A stretch of DNA of 64,000 bases from an uncultured Planctomycetales bacterium (GCA_964556925.1 CAZKXY010000001.1:2790-66789), one strand, 5' to 3'. Positions 37,959-46,758 are shown, numbered from the stretch's first letter. A program made the numbers and translations. The notes: a model not told the origin generated them from the sequence alone.

Positions 37959-38277
37959 TCCACCACCTGCCGCTGGCGGCGCACAGGCCGAGCGCGCCGC
38001 CGACGTGTACCTGATGCAGAGCCGTCTGGATGGTAGCTTCGACGTCGGGTGGACGACGGATCCTGTGCGCCGCCTGGTTGAGCACAACGCCGGCGGCTCC
38101 CGCTGGACCAGCCACAAGCGCCCCTGGCGGCTCCTGGGCGTCGAGCGGCAGCCGACCAGGGACGCCGCCAAGCGGTACGAGCGCACGCTGAAGCGGAGCC
38201 CCCACAAACTGGCGATCTTCAAGAAGCGGGTGCTCAACCGGGCGGCCAATGGCCGCCCGCGGCAGGTTGTGGGATGA
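37942..38277 (+). CDS. Small GIY-YIG nuclease family protein (UPF0213/YhbQ-like), degenerate; start uncertain
   Basis: VYLMQS..DGSFDVGWTTDPVRRLVEHN.G.SRWT..KRPWRL...E......A..YERTLK. Confidence 0.78.
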   Translation: MGLGDDPPPAAGGAQAERAADVYLMQSRLDGSFDVGWTTDPVRRLVEHNAGGSRWTSHKRPWRLLGVERQPTRDAAKRYERTLKRSPHKLAIFKKRVLNRAANGRPRQVVG

Positions 38278-38984
38278 GCCGCTGGCGCTACCACCTGCCG
38301 ATTCTGGGCTACCATCGCGTGGGGCCGTTTCGCCCCGATCACGTGCCGACCGTCTCCGCGGAGGCCTTTGCACGGCAGCTGCGCTGGCTGACGCGCTGGG
38401 GCTACCAGGTGGTGAGCCTGGATGAGGTGGTGGCGCGCCTCGAGCGCCGGCAGCCGCTGCCGAGGCGCCGCACGGTCATTACGTTCGACGACGGCTATGA
38501 AGAAACCTGCTCAATCGCCTGGCCCCTCCTCAAGCGCTTCGGCATGACGGCGACGGTCTTCGTGACGCCCAACGAAGTCGGCTTGCCGGGATTCGCGACC
38601 TGGGACCAGCTGCAGGCCCTGGCCCGCGGCGGCATCACCATCGGCAGCCACACGTTGCACCACTGCTATCTGCCGCTCGTGGAGGCCCATCGCCTGCCGG
38701 ACGAGATCGCCGGCTCGAAACGCGTCTTGGAGGACCGGCTGCAGCAGCCCGTCCAGTACCTCAGCTATCCGGTGGGCGGATTTAACCCCAGGGTCCAGGC
38801 GTTGGTCCAGGAGGCCGGCTACCGGGCCGCCTGCACGACAAACCGCGCCGAGCCGCGCAACGGCCTGGATCGGTTCGCGCTGCGCCGGATCAAGGTGAAC
38901 GAGCAGGATGCGAATCCGGTTCGGCTCCTGGCCAAACTGTCCGGCTACTACGATCTCTTCCGACGGGTGAACGCGCCCGCATAG
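38274..38984 (+). CDS. Polysaccharide deacetylase (CE4)
   Basis: PILGYHRV, ITFDDGY, IGSHTLHH, SYPVG. Confidence 0.92.
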   Translation: MSRWRYHLPILGYHRVGPFRPDHVPTVSAEAFARQLRWLTRWGYQVVSLDEVVARLERRQPLPRRRTVITFDDGYEETCSIAWPLLKRFGMTATVFVTPNEVGLPGFATWDQLQALARGGITIGSHTLHHCYLPLVEAHRLPDEIAGSKRVLEDRLQQPVQYLSYPVGGFNPRVQALVQEAGYRAACTTNRAEPRNGLDRFALRRIKVNEQDANPVRLLAKLSGYYDLFRRVNAPA

Positions 38985-39008
38985 GCGGCGGCTGCCATCG
39001 CGATTCGT

Positions 39009-40139
39009 GTGCTGATCGGCTACGTGACGGCGGGCACGGGGCACCGCCGGGCCGCCGAGGCGCTGGCCCAGGCGGTGCGCGCCCGCGACCCGCAGGCCGA
39101 GGTGGCGTGCCTCGATGTGCTCGCCGACGCGCCGGGCCGGTTCGCGGCGTTCTACGACCGCACCTACCTCCTCATGGTGCGGCATCTCTCCGGGGTCTGG
39201 AAGCTCAGCTACGGCCTGTTGGATCAGCCGTGGGTCTACCGCCTGGTCCAACCGCTGCGGCGGCGATGGAACCGCTGGATTGCCCGCCGGTTCATTGACC
39301 GGGTGAAGGCCTGGCGGCCGGACGTCGTCCTGGCCACCCATTTTTTGCCCGCGGATCTCTGCAACACGGGCCGGGCGGGGGGCTGGCTGAGCGCCCCGCT
39401 GGTCGTCGTCGTGACCGATTGGCATCCCCACCGGTTTTGGCTCGCGCCGGCGGCGGACGCGATGGTCGTCAGCACGGCCCACGCGGCGGCCGTGCTGGAG
39501 CGCCGCGGCATCGCCCGCGATCGGATCCGGGTCGTCGGCATTCCGATCGGCCGGGCGTTCCTCCAGCCTCCAGCCCCCGCGGCGCTGCGCCGGCGGTTTG
39601 CTCTTCAACCGGGCCGGCAGACGGTGCTGGTGACCAGCGGGGGCACCACCGTCGGGCAATTTGCGCGCGTCGTGCGCGCGCTGGCCGAGCTCGAGCGGGT
39701 GATCCCCGGCCGGCTGCAGCTCGTGGTGGTCTGCGGGGAAGACCATGCCATGCAGCGACGGTTGGGGCGGTTCGCGCAGACGTGCGCCATGCCCATGCGC
39801 GTGTTCGACTTCGTCGACTTCATGGCGGAGCTGATGGCCGTGAGCGATCTCGCGGTGGCGAAAGCCGGCGGGCTGACGGTGAGCGAGGCGTTGAGCTGCG
39901 GGTTGCCGCTGGTGCTGTATCACGTCATCCCGGGGCAGGAACGGTTGAACGCGGCGTACGTCGAGCGGCACGGGGCGGCGCGCATCGCGCGGGGACCGGG
40001 CGAGGTGGCGGCGAGGGTTCGCGAGCTGATCGGACAGCCCACACGGCTGGCGGCCATGCGAGCCGCGGCCCGTACCCTGAGCCATCCGGATGCGGCCGCG
40101 CGGATCATCAGCGAGATCGTGGAGCCGCTCGCGCGATGA
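39009..40139 (+). CDS. GT28 MGDG synthase/UgtP-like diacylglycerol glycosyltransferase
   Basis: GTGHRRAAEAL, THFLP, VTDWHPH..W, GIPI, KAGGLTVSE, PGQERLN. Confidence 0.9.
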   Translation: MLIGYVTAGTGHRRAAEALAQAVRARDPQAEVACLDVLADAPGRFAAFYDRTYLLMVRHLSGVWKLSYGLLDQPWVYRLVQPLRRRWNRWIARRFIDRVKAWRPDVVLATHFLPADLCNTGRAGGWLSAPLVVVVTDWHPHRFWLAPAADAMVVSTAHAAAVLERRGIARDRIRVVGIPIGRAFLQPPAPAALRRRFALQPGRQTVLVTSGGTTVGQFARVVRALAELERVIPGRLQLVVVCGEDHAMQRRLGRFAQTCAMPMRVFDFVDFMAELMAVSDLAVAKAGGLTVSEALSCGLPLVLYHVIPGQERLNAAYVERHGAARIARGPGEVAARVRELIGQPTRLAAMRAAARTLSHPDAAARIISEIVEPLAR

Positions 40140-40300
40140 CAGTTTTCTCATGGCGCGCGTCTTGCCAGCTGCGGGATTGGCTCGCGGTCGGGTCGCGGCA
40201 TCGCGTCCCCGCCGCTCACGGGCGGGGCGCCGGCGGCGGGGCCTGGCGCCGCGCCGGCCCCCGCGGCGCCACCCGCCGCTAGCGGTCCCCCCGCTGGGGG

Positions 40301-40476
40301 GCGGGCGGCGAGGCGGCCTGAGGCGCATGCCGCCCGGACCGAGGCGTGGAGCGGGGAGCCAGGCAGGGGACGCCGAAACTGACCGAGGGCGCAGCCCGAG
40401 GGAATTTCGGAGGGGCCTCCCCGCCTGGCCGGCGGGGCGAGGGAGGACGGCGCGCCGAAGGCTGCTCGCCGCCCGC
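40301..40476. repeat. About 176-bp structured intergenic element with terminal IR
   Basis: GCGGGCGGCGAG (40301-40312) / CTCGCCGCCCGC (40465-40476), extendable with one bulge; internal GC hairpins. Confidence 0.55.
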
Positions 40477-40526
40477 ACCTGGCGAGGGACCCGGCGGGCC
40501 ATTGCCGACTCACAGCAGGTGCTTGG

Positions 40527-41267
40527 ATGACCGTGGTTGACCGGCGGGCGATGGCCCGCGCATTGCAGCGGCATGTGGAAGGGCTGCGGCTCATGGGCGT
40601 GACGCATCTGCCTGCCTGCCGCGCCGATGATCAGTCGGACTGGGCGTCATGGCGCGGCGCGGGATCAGGAACACCCTCCAGGTCTGAGCGGCTGGCCCGG
40701 CTGGCCGCGGAGGTGGCGCGCTGCCGGCGCTGTCCGCTCTACCGCACGAGGACGCACGCGGTTGTCAGCGACGGCAGCCCCGAGGCCCGCCTCGTGTTTG
40801 TCGGGGAAGCCCCGGGTCGAGAGGAAGACCTCCAGGGCAAGCCGTTCGTCGGGGCCGCGGGGCAGCTCCTGACCAAGATGATCGCGGCGATGGGGATGCG
40901 GCGGCAGGACGTGTACATCTGCAACGTGTTGAAGGACCGGCCGCCGGCCAACCGCACCCCGCTGCCGGAGGAGATGGACGCGTGCCTGCCGTTTTTGGAG
41001 CAGCAGCTCGCCATCGTCCACCCGCGCGTCATCTGCACGCTCGGCGCGGTCGCCACGAAGGCGCTCCTGGGCCCCTCGGTCCCCCTCTCCGCCATCCGGG
41101 GCACGGTGCGCGACTTCCGCGGCACCCCGCTCGTGCCGACGTTCCACCCCGCGTACCTGCTGCGCAATCCCGCCGCCAAGAAGTTCGCCTGGGCCGACCT
41201 CAAGACCGTGAAGTCGCTCTTAGAAGAAAAGGTGTCAGACACTTTTCAAAGCGGGAAAAGTGTCTGA
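40527..41267 (+). CDS. udg: Uracil-DNA glycosylase family 4 (Fe-S type)
   Basis: CRRCPL, VGEAPGREED, GKPFVGAAG, YICNVLK.RPP.NR, FHPAYLLRNP. Confidence 0.93.
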   Translation: MTVVDRRAMARALQRHVEGLRLMGVTHLPACRADDQSDWASWRGAGSGTPSRSERLARLAAEVARCRRCPLYRTRTHAVVSDGSPEARLVFVGEAPGREEDLQGKPFVGAAGQLLTKMIAAMGMRRQDVYICNVLKDRPPANRTPLPEEMDACLPFLEQQLAIVHPRVICTLGAVATKALLGPSVPLSAIRGTVRDFRGTPLVPTFHPAYLLRNPAAKKFAWADLKTVKSLLEEKVSDTFQSGKSV

Positions 41268-41271
41268 CACC
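41231..41271. repeat. Family A double-palindrome element supplying the udg C-terminus and stop codon
   Basis: GGTGTCAGACACTTTTC-aaagcgg-GAAAAGTGTCTGACACC; 41 bp identical to 47798-47838. Confidence 0.95.
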
Positions 41272-41275
41272 CTTT

Positions 41276-43381
41276 ATGACGATGATTGCTGAAGTGGTGT
41301 TCAACCTTCCGCTGGAGAAATCCTTCCACTACCTGATCCCGGAGGCAGCGCGCGACACGCTGGAGCCGGGGATGCGCGTGTTGGCGCCGTTCGGCCCGCG
41401 CGAGCGGATGGGCTTCGTCGTGGAGCGCCTCGAGCGCAGCCCCATCCGTCACCTGAAAGCGATCCGGCGCGTGGTGGATCCCGTGCCCGTCATTGCGGAG
41501 GAGCGCTGGGCGCTGGCGTCGTGGCTCTCCGGCTACTACTGCTGCAGCCTCGGCGAGGTGCTGGCCGCGATGGTCCCGAGTGCGTTGCGGCTTGCTGTCC
41601 CGGTGCCAGGCACTTCAACGCCGGTGCCTGGCTCTTCGGCGCCAGTCACCGAAGCCCTAGGCGCCGAAGTGCCTGGCACCGGAAGAGAGCCAGATGCCGG
41701 CGGGGAGCCAGGCACCGACATTGAACTGACCGCCGACCAGCGGCGCGCCCTCGCGGCGATTCGGGACGCGATGGCCGCGCCGAGGTCCCGCACCGTGCTG
41801 CTCAACGGGGTGACCGGGTCAGGGAAGACCGAACTCTACCTGCGGGCGATCGCCGAAGGGCTCTCGCAGGGCCGGTCGGCGATCTGCCTCATCCCGGAGA
41901 TTGCGCTGACCCCCCAGACGATCGACCGGTTCCGCGCCCGGTTCGGCGGGATGGTCGCCGTCTGGCACAGCCGGATGGGCGACGCGCAGCGCGCCACAGC
42001 CTGGCAGCGGCTGCGACGGGGCGAGGCGCGCATCGTCGTCGGCGCCCGCTCGGCGGTGTTCGCGCCCGTGACGCGCCTGGGCCTTGTGATCCTCGATGAG
42101 GAGCACGAGCCGACGTACAAGCAGGAAGACACCCCGCGCTACCACGCGCGTGAGGTCGCGGTCGCTCGGGCCAAGCTGGTGGGTGCGACGGTGGTGCTGG
42201 GCAGCGCCACCCCGTCGGTGGAAAGCCGCTACGCGGCCGGCCGGCCGGGCGGCATCCTCGTCACGCTGCCGCAACGGGTGAAGGGCCGCCCGATGCCGAC
42301 GGTGGAGCTCGTGGACATGCGGGACGAGCTGATGGCGCGGCATCGGCTCGGCCCGCTCTCCGCCCGGCTGACGCGGGCCCTGGCGCACACCGTGGACCGT
42401 GGCGAGCAGGCGATGCTCCTCCTCAACCGGCGCGGGTTCGCCCGTGTCGCCTCCTGCCCGTCCTGCGGCTACGTGGCCCGGTGCGTGCGCTGCGCCGTGC
42501 CGCTCGTCTATCACGCCGGCCGCCAGGCGCTCCTCTGCCACTATTGCAACTTTCACGAGCCGCCGCCGGAGCTGTGCCCGGCGTGCCGCAAAGGCTACCT
42601 GCGGTTCCGCGGCTCCGGGACGGAGCGGGTGGAGTCGGAGCTGCACCGGCTGTTTCCTCTCGCCGCCATCGCCCGCATGGACCGGGATACGACGAGACGG
42701 GCGCAACGGTACCGGGAGGTCTATGACGCGGTGCGGACGCAGCAGGTGGGTGTCTTGGTTGGGACGCAGATGATTGCGAAGGGGCTGGATTTCCCGCAGG
42801 TGACGCTGGTCGGGGTGGTCTCGGCGGATACCGCCCTCAACCTGCCGGATTTCCGGGCGGGGGAGCGGACGTTTGATCTGTTGACGCAGATGGCCGGCCG
42901 GGCCGGCCGCGGACAGCAGCCGGGGCGCGTGCTGATCCAGACATTTTGCCCGCGCCACTACGCAATCCAGGCGGCCCAGCACCACGACTACCGGCGGTTC
43001 TATGAGGAGGAGCTGGCGATGCGCCGCCGCCTGCGCCTGCCGCCGTTCGTCCACCTTGTGGAGCTGACCGTGATCGGCTCATCCCTCGCTGGCGTCCAGG
43101 AGGCTTCGCAGCGATTGGCCGACGCGCTGCGCCGCGCGGCAACTCCGCGCCTGCCTGCCGCGCCGAGCGAACGGCGCCAACGGCGCACGACGCAGGCAGG
43201 GCGCATCACCGTGCTCGGCCCGGCGCCCCACCGGCTGGTTCGGCTGCGGCGGGCCTATCGCATGTGCGTGCTCCTGAAGGCGAAGTCGGTGGAGCCGATC
43301 GGGCGCCTGCTGCGGCAGGTCCTGGACCCGGGACGGAAGTTCCGCGGTCTGCCCGTGCTGGTGAACGTGGACCCCCTGTGA
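41276..43381 (+). CDS. priA: Primosomal protein N' (replication restart helicase)
   Basis: GVTGSGKTELY, PEIALTPQ, DEEH, GSATPS, four CxxC pairs, GTQMIAKGLDFP, AGRAGR, terminal VDP. Confidence 0.96.
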   Translation: MTMIAEVVFNLPLEKSFHYLIPEAARDTLEPGMRVLAPFGPRERMGFVVERLERSPIRHLKAIRRVVDPVPVIAEERWALASWLSGYYCCSLGEVLAAMVPSALRLAVPVPGTSTPVPGSSAPVTEALGAEVPGTGREPDAGGEPGTDIELTADQRRALAAIRDAMAAPRSRTVLLNGVTGSGKTELYLRAIAEGLSQGRSAICLIPEIALTPQTIDRFRARFGGMVAVWHSRMGDAQRATAWQRLRRGEARIVVGARSAVFAPVTRLGLVILDEEHEPTYKQEDTPRYHAREVAVARAKLVGATVVLGSATPSVESRYAAGRPGGILVTLPQRVKGRPMPTVELVDMRDELMARHRLGPLSARLTRALAHTVDRGEQAMLLLNRRGFARVASCPSCGYVARCVRCAVPLVYHAGRQALLCHYCNFHEPPPELCPACRKGYLRFRGSGTERVESELHRLFPLAAIARMDRDTTRRAQRYREVYDAVRTQQVGVLVGTQMIAKGLDFPQVTLVGVVSADTALNLPDFRAGERTFDLLTQMAGRAGRGQQPGRVLIQTFCPRHYAIQAAQHHDYRRFYEEELAMRRRLRLPPFVHLVELTVIGSSLAGVQEASQRLADALRRAATPRLPAAPSERRQRRTTQAGRITVLGPAPHRLVRLRRAYRMCVLLKAKSVEPIGRLLRQVLDPGRKFRGLPVLVNVDPL
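41600..41716. repeat. GTGCCAGGCAC-family palindromic cluster, in frame inside priA
   Basis: CCGGTGCCAGGCACTTC (41600-41616) / GAAGTGCCTGGCACCGG (41666-41682); GGTGCCTGGCTC (41623-41634) / GAGCCAGGCACC (41705-41716). Confidence 0.88.
43150..43200. repeat. CCTGCCTGC/GCAGGCAGG-bounded in-frame insert in priA C-terminal domain
   Basis: 9-bp IR bounding 51 bp (LPAAPSERRQRRTTQAG) just before ITVLGPAP. Confidence 0.55.
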
Positions 43382-43385
43382 GCAC

Positions 43386-43491
43386 AAAAGTGCCAGGCAC
43401 TTTCCCGGTTGGATTTTTGGTTTAGCTGTGTCACACCGAAGTTTTCCACAGGTTGGCGGAAATTGGAAGCGGGAAAGTGCCTGGCACTTTT
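43386..43491. repeat. 106-bp element with perfect 21-bp IR between convergent priA and TPR genes
   Basis: AAAAGTGCCAGGCACTTTCCC (43386-43406) / GGGAAAGTGCCTGGCACTTTT (43471-43491); AT-richer 64-bp core. Confidence 0.9.
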
Positions 43492-44088
43492 TTACGCGGC
43501 GAAACCTTTCTTGAGGGTGCCGAGGGCGTCGAGGTTGCGGAGGCTCTGTTGCGCTTCGAGGTCGCCGGGATGGAGCTTGAGGAGGCGCTCGAAGCACTGC
43601 CGCGCTTGCGCGTCGTTGCCGTGCTTCATACCCAGCCGCGCCAGCTTCCGCAGCGCCCCGAGATGGTTGGGGTCGATCGACAACAGCTCGTCGTAGATCT
43701 GCACCGCCGCCTCGTCCAAGCCGCTCTTCGCCAGGCTGAAGGCCAGGCGCATCAGCAGCGACCGGGAGCGGGGCAGCCGGCCCAGCAGCCATTCGTACAG
43801 CTGGATCGCCTGGCGGGTCTTGCCCTGCCACTGCGCGAGCACGGCAACTGCGCGCAGCGGAAGCGTCACGAGGGCCATCCCGAGCTGCGCCAGCGTCGAG
43901 GGCGGATGCTCGGCGAAGCGTTTTTGGACGGCCAGGCGCAGATACCGGCGCGCGTCGGTCGCGTCGGGGGCGAACCGGACGATGTACGCGAAGAGATCGA
44001 CGGCGTACTCGTAGCTGCCCTGCGTATAGGCCGCGACGCCTTTCTCGTAGTAGGGGACAAGGTCCGCGGGCACCGCCGAGACGGCCAT
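43492..44088 (-). CDS. Tetratricopeptide-repeat protein
   Basis: YEKGVAAYTQGSYEYAVDLF, AVQIYDELLSIDPNH, ARQCFERLLKLHPGD; ATG at 44088 preferred over the repeat-derived GTG 44148. Confidence 0.85.
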   Translation of the reverse strand: MAVSAVPADLVPYYEKGVAAYTQGSYEYAVDLFAYIVRFAPDATDARRYLRLAVQKRFAEHPPSTLAQLGMALVTLPLRAVAVLAQWQGKTRQAIQLYEWLLGRLPRSRSLLMRLAFSLAKSGLDEAAVQIYDELLSIDPNHLGALRKLARLGMKHGNDAQARQCFERLLKLHPGDLEAQQSLRNLDALGTLKKGFAA

Positions 44089-44094
44089 GGCCGC

Positions 44095-44123
44095 ATTATC
44101 GCCGAATCGACCGGTGGCGTCAA
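44095..44123 (-). promoter_or_regulatory. Sigma70-type promoter of TPR gene, probably leaderless
   Basis: Minus strand TTGACG-17 nt-GATAAT-6 nt-ATG(44088). Confidence 0.7.
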
Positions 44124-44133
44124 CGGCCGCCCC

Positions 44134-44180
44134 AAAGGTGTCAGACACCTTTTCCGCTTTGAAAAGTGTCTGACACCTTT
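44134..44180. repeat. Family A double-palindrome element (reverse orientation) between divergent TPR and def
   Basis: AAAGGTGTCAGACAC / GTGTCTGACACCTTT around cttttccgctttgaaaa. Confidence 0.95.
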
Positions 44181-44186
44181 TAGAAT
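44159..44186 (+). promoter_or_regulatory. Candidate sigma70 promoter of def-fmt, -35 inside the repeat
   Basis: TTGAAA(44159-44164)-16 nt-TAGAAT(44181-44186), 15 nt before def ATG. Confidence 0.5.
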
Positions 44187-44201
44187 AGCAGCAGGTCCGT
44201 C

Positions 44202-44720
44202 ATGAGCGTCCAGCCGCTGTGCCAGGAGCCCCACCCCGTGTTGCGCAGTCTGGCGAAACCGGTGCAGGCATTCACGGATGAGATCAGGCGGCTGGGCGAG
44301 GATCTCATTGACACGATGTACGCCCACGACGGCATCGGGCTGGCCGCCCCGCAGATCGGGCGGGCGCTGCAGGCGATCGTCGTCAATCCCTCGCAGGTGT
44401 CCGGGAGGGAAGTCGTGCTGATCAACCCGGTGCTGGAGGCGGCCGAGGGACGCGCCGGGATTGTGGAAGGGTGTCTGAGCGTGCCCAAGGTCTGGCACCG
44501 GGTGAGCCGCGCGGCCCGCGTGCGCGTGCGCGGACACGATCCCGCAGGCCATTCGCTGACGGTCGACGCCAAGGGGTTGTTGGCCATTGTGCTCCAACAC
44601 GAGTTGGACCATCTGCAAGGGCGGCTGTTCGTCGACCGCCTCTCCTGGGTCCGTCGCTGCTGGGCGTATGCCCGGATCCGCGCGCTGGGGCGTCAGTCCG
44701 CGCTCGCCGGATGCGGGTGA
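44202..44720 (+). CDS. def: Peptide deformylase
   Basis: GIGLAAPQIG, EGCLS, QHELDHL. Confidence 0.97.
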   Translation: MSVQPLCQEPHPVLRSLAKPVQAFTDEIRRLGEDLIDTMYAHDGIGLAAPQIGRALQAIVVNPSQVSGREVVLINPVLEAAEGRAGIVEGCLSVPKVWHRVSRAARVRVRGHDPAGHSLTVDAKGLLAIVLQHELDHLQGRLFVDRLSWVRRCWAYARIRALGRQSALAGCG

Positions 44721-45652
44721 TGTTCTTCGGCACGTCCGCGTTCGCCGTGCCGAGCCTGGAGCGCCTGGCGGCATCCCACGCTGTCGTCCACTGCATCACC
44801 CAGCCTGATCGCCCGCAGGGGCGAGGGCTCGCCCGCGCGCCCTCGCCGGTGAAGGTGGCGGCGCAGCGGCTGCGCCTGCCGCTTGTGCAGCCGGCGCGGC
44901 TGCGGGCCGAAGACGCTGCCGGGGTGGCCGCTGACATCGGCGTAGCCGCGGCGTACGGCCAGTTCATCCCCAAGGCGCTGCTTGCCCTGCCGGCCCACGG
45001 GATGCTGGGCGTGCATCCGTCGCTGTTGCCGAAGTACCGCGGGGCCGCCCCGGTGGCCTGGGCGATCGTGAACGGCGAGGCGACCACCGGCGTGACGATC
45101 TTCCGCATGAACGAGCGGCTCGACGCCGGCGAGGTGGTGGCGCAGGAGGAGGTGGCCATCGAGCCGCACGAGGATGCGCAGCAGCTCACCGCGCGTCTGG
45201 CGCGCCTCGGCGCCGAGGCGCTGCTTGGCGCCCTGGAGCGGATCGCGCAGGGCCAGGCGACCTTCATTCCGCAGGATGAGTCGCGGGCGATCCCGGCGCC
45301 GAAGCTGACCAAGGCCCACGGCCGGATCGACTGGGCCCGTCCGGCCGAGCAGATCGTGCGGCTGGTGCGCGCAACCGTCCCCTGGCCAGGCGCCTGGACC
45401 GAGTGGCGCGGCGGCCTGCTGAAGATCTGGGCGGCCGTGGCGCGCGCGGAGCCGACGGCCGTTGCGCCGGGGACCGTGGCGCGCGCGGCCGGCGATGCGC
45501 TGGCGATCGCCGCCGGCGGGGACCTAGTGGAGCTGGTGGAGGTGCAGCCGGCCGGCCGGCGGCGCATGCGCATCCAGGAGTTCCTCGCCGGCCACAGAAT
45601 TGATGTTGGTGAGCGTTTTGGGACAGGGGACAGGAGACAGGGGGCAGGTTGA
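44711..45652 (+). CDS. fmt: Methionyl-tRNA formyltransferase
   Basis: FFGTSAFAVPSL, TQPDRPQGRG, VHPSLLPKYRGAAP, LDAG; follows def. Confidence 0.96.
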   Translation: MRVMFFGTSAFAVPSLERLAASHAVVHCITQPDRPQGRGLARAPSPVKVAAQRLRLPLVQPARLRAEDAAGVAADIGVAAAYGQFIPKALLALPAHGMLGVHPSLLPKYRGAAPVAWAIVNGEATTGVTIFRMNERLDAGEVVAQEEVAIEPHEDAQQLTARLARLGAEALLGALERIAQGQATFIPQDESRAIPAPKLTKAHGRIDWARPAEQIVRLVRATVPWPGAWTEWRGGLLKIWAAVARAEPTAVAPGTVARAAGDALAIAAGGDLVELVEVQPAGRRRMRIQEFLAGHRIDVGERFGTGDRRQGAG

Positions 45653-45694
45653 GATGCTCGCTGCGACCTGTCTCCTGTCTCCGGTCTCCTGTCT
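45621..45694. repeat. Inverted heptamer array (RGACAGG)x4 ... (CCTGTCT)x4 spanning the fmt stop
   Basis: ggacagg ggacagg agacagg gggcagg (45621-45648) / cctgtct cctgtct ccggtct cctgtct (45667-45694). Confidence 0.85.
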
Positions 45695-45705
45695 TAGCCG
45701 TTCCG

Positions 45706-46758
45706 ATGCCTGAGCTCCGCAAGGACCCCCTGATCGGCCGGTGGGTGATCATCGCGACGGATCGCGCCAAGCGGCCGGTGGACTTTGTCGCCTCCCATGA
45801 TGAGGCGCTCTCGCCGGACACCTGTCCCTTTTGCGCTGGCCACGAGGGCGAGACCCCCACGGAGATCTTCGCGATCCGCCCGAACGGGGGCAAGGGCAAC
45901 GGGCCGGGCTGGACGGTCCGGGTGATTCCCAGCATCAAGCCGGTCTTGCGCATTGAAGGCCAGCTCAACCGGCATGGGAAGGGGATGTACGACCTCATGG
46001 ATGGCATCGGCGCCCACGAAGTGATCATCGAGACGCCGGACCACATCCCGAACGCGGCGGATCTTCCGGTGGAGCACCTCCACGCGGCGCTCGATGCCTC
46101 GCGGATCCGGATGGTGGACCTGGAGCGGGACCCGCGGTTCCGCTACGTCCTCTGGTTCAAAAACTACGGGTCGGTGGCGGGCGCCGGACGGATCCAGCAC
46201 AGCCGCTCGCAGCTCATCGCCACCCCGGTCACCCCGCTGCGGGTCAAGGAGGAGTTGGTGGGCACGCGCCGGTACTTCGAGGACAAGGAGCGCTGCCTCG
46301 TCTGCGACCTCGCCGCCCAGGAGCGGCAGGCGCGGGTCCGCGTCGTGATCGACACGCCCCATATCCTGGCGCTGTGTCCGTTCGCCTCGCGGTTCCCCTT
46401 CGAGCTGTGGATTGTGCCGAAGCGGCACGGCTGCGATTTCGACAAGCTCTCGCCGGAGGAGCTCAGCGACCTCGCGGCGGTGTTCAAGCAGCTCCTCAGC
46501 CGGCTGAAGGCGGTCCTGAACGACCCGCCGTACAACGCGCTGCTGCACACCGCGCCGTTCCGGGGCCGCCACACCCGGGTCGGCTACTGGAAAACGATCG
46601 AGGATGACTACCACTGGCATTTCGAGCTCATCCCCCGTCTGACCCGCGTGGCCGGCTTCGAGTGGGGCAGCGGCTTCTACATCAACCCCACCCCGCCGGA
46701 AGAGGCGGCGAAGTACCTGCGCGAGGCTGTCATCGAGGAGCCCCTCGCCCATGTCTGA
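45706..46758 (+). CDS. GalT-family (HIT-like) nucleotidyltransferase paralog lacking the nucleophilic His
   Basis: MPELRKDP, CPFC.G.E, GAHEVIIETPDH, HSRSQ in place of HxHxQ, HWHFE, AGFEWGSG. Confidence 0.88.
   Translation: MPELRKDPLIGRWVIIATDRAKRPVDFVASHDEALSPDTCPFCAGHEGETPTEIFAIRPNGGKGNGPGWTVRVIPSIKPVLRIEGQLNRHGKGMYDLMDGIGAHEVIIETPDHIPNAADLPVEHLHAALDASRIRMVDLERDPRFRYVLWFKNYGSVAGAGRIQHSRSQLIATPVTPLRVKEELVGTRRYFEDKERCLVCDLAAQERQARVRVVIDTPHILALCPFASRFPFELWIVPKRHGCDFDKLSPEELSDLAAVFKQLLSRLKAVLNDPPYNALLHTAPFRGRHTRVGYWKTIEDDYHWHFELIPRLTRVAGFEWGSGFYINPTPPEEAAKYLREAVIEEPLAHV

Noticed and set aside
43442-43450. DnaA-box match TTTTCCACA (reverse match also at 55075-55083)
   Set aside because: Isolated single boxes with no cluster or oriC gene context; the second simply encodes TVEN of the ATPase.
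44089-44148. TPR protein starting at GTG 44148 inside the repeat
   Set aside because: That extension covers a well-spaced promoter pointing to ATG 44088.
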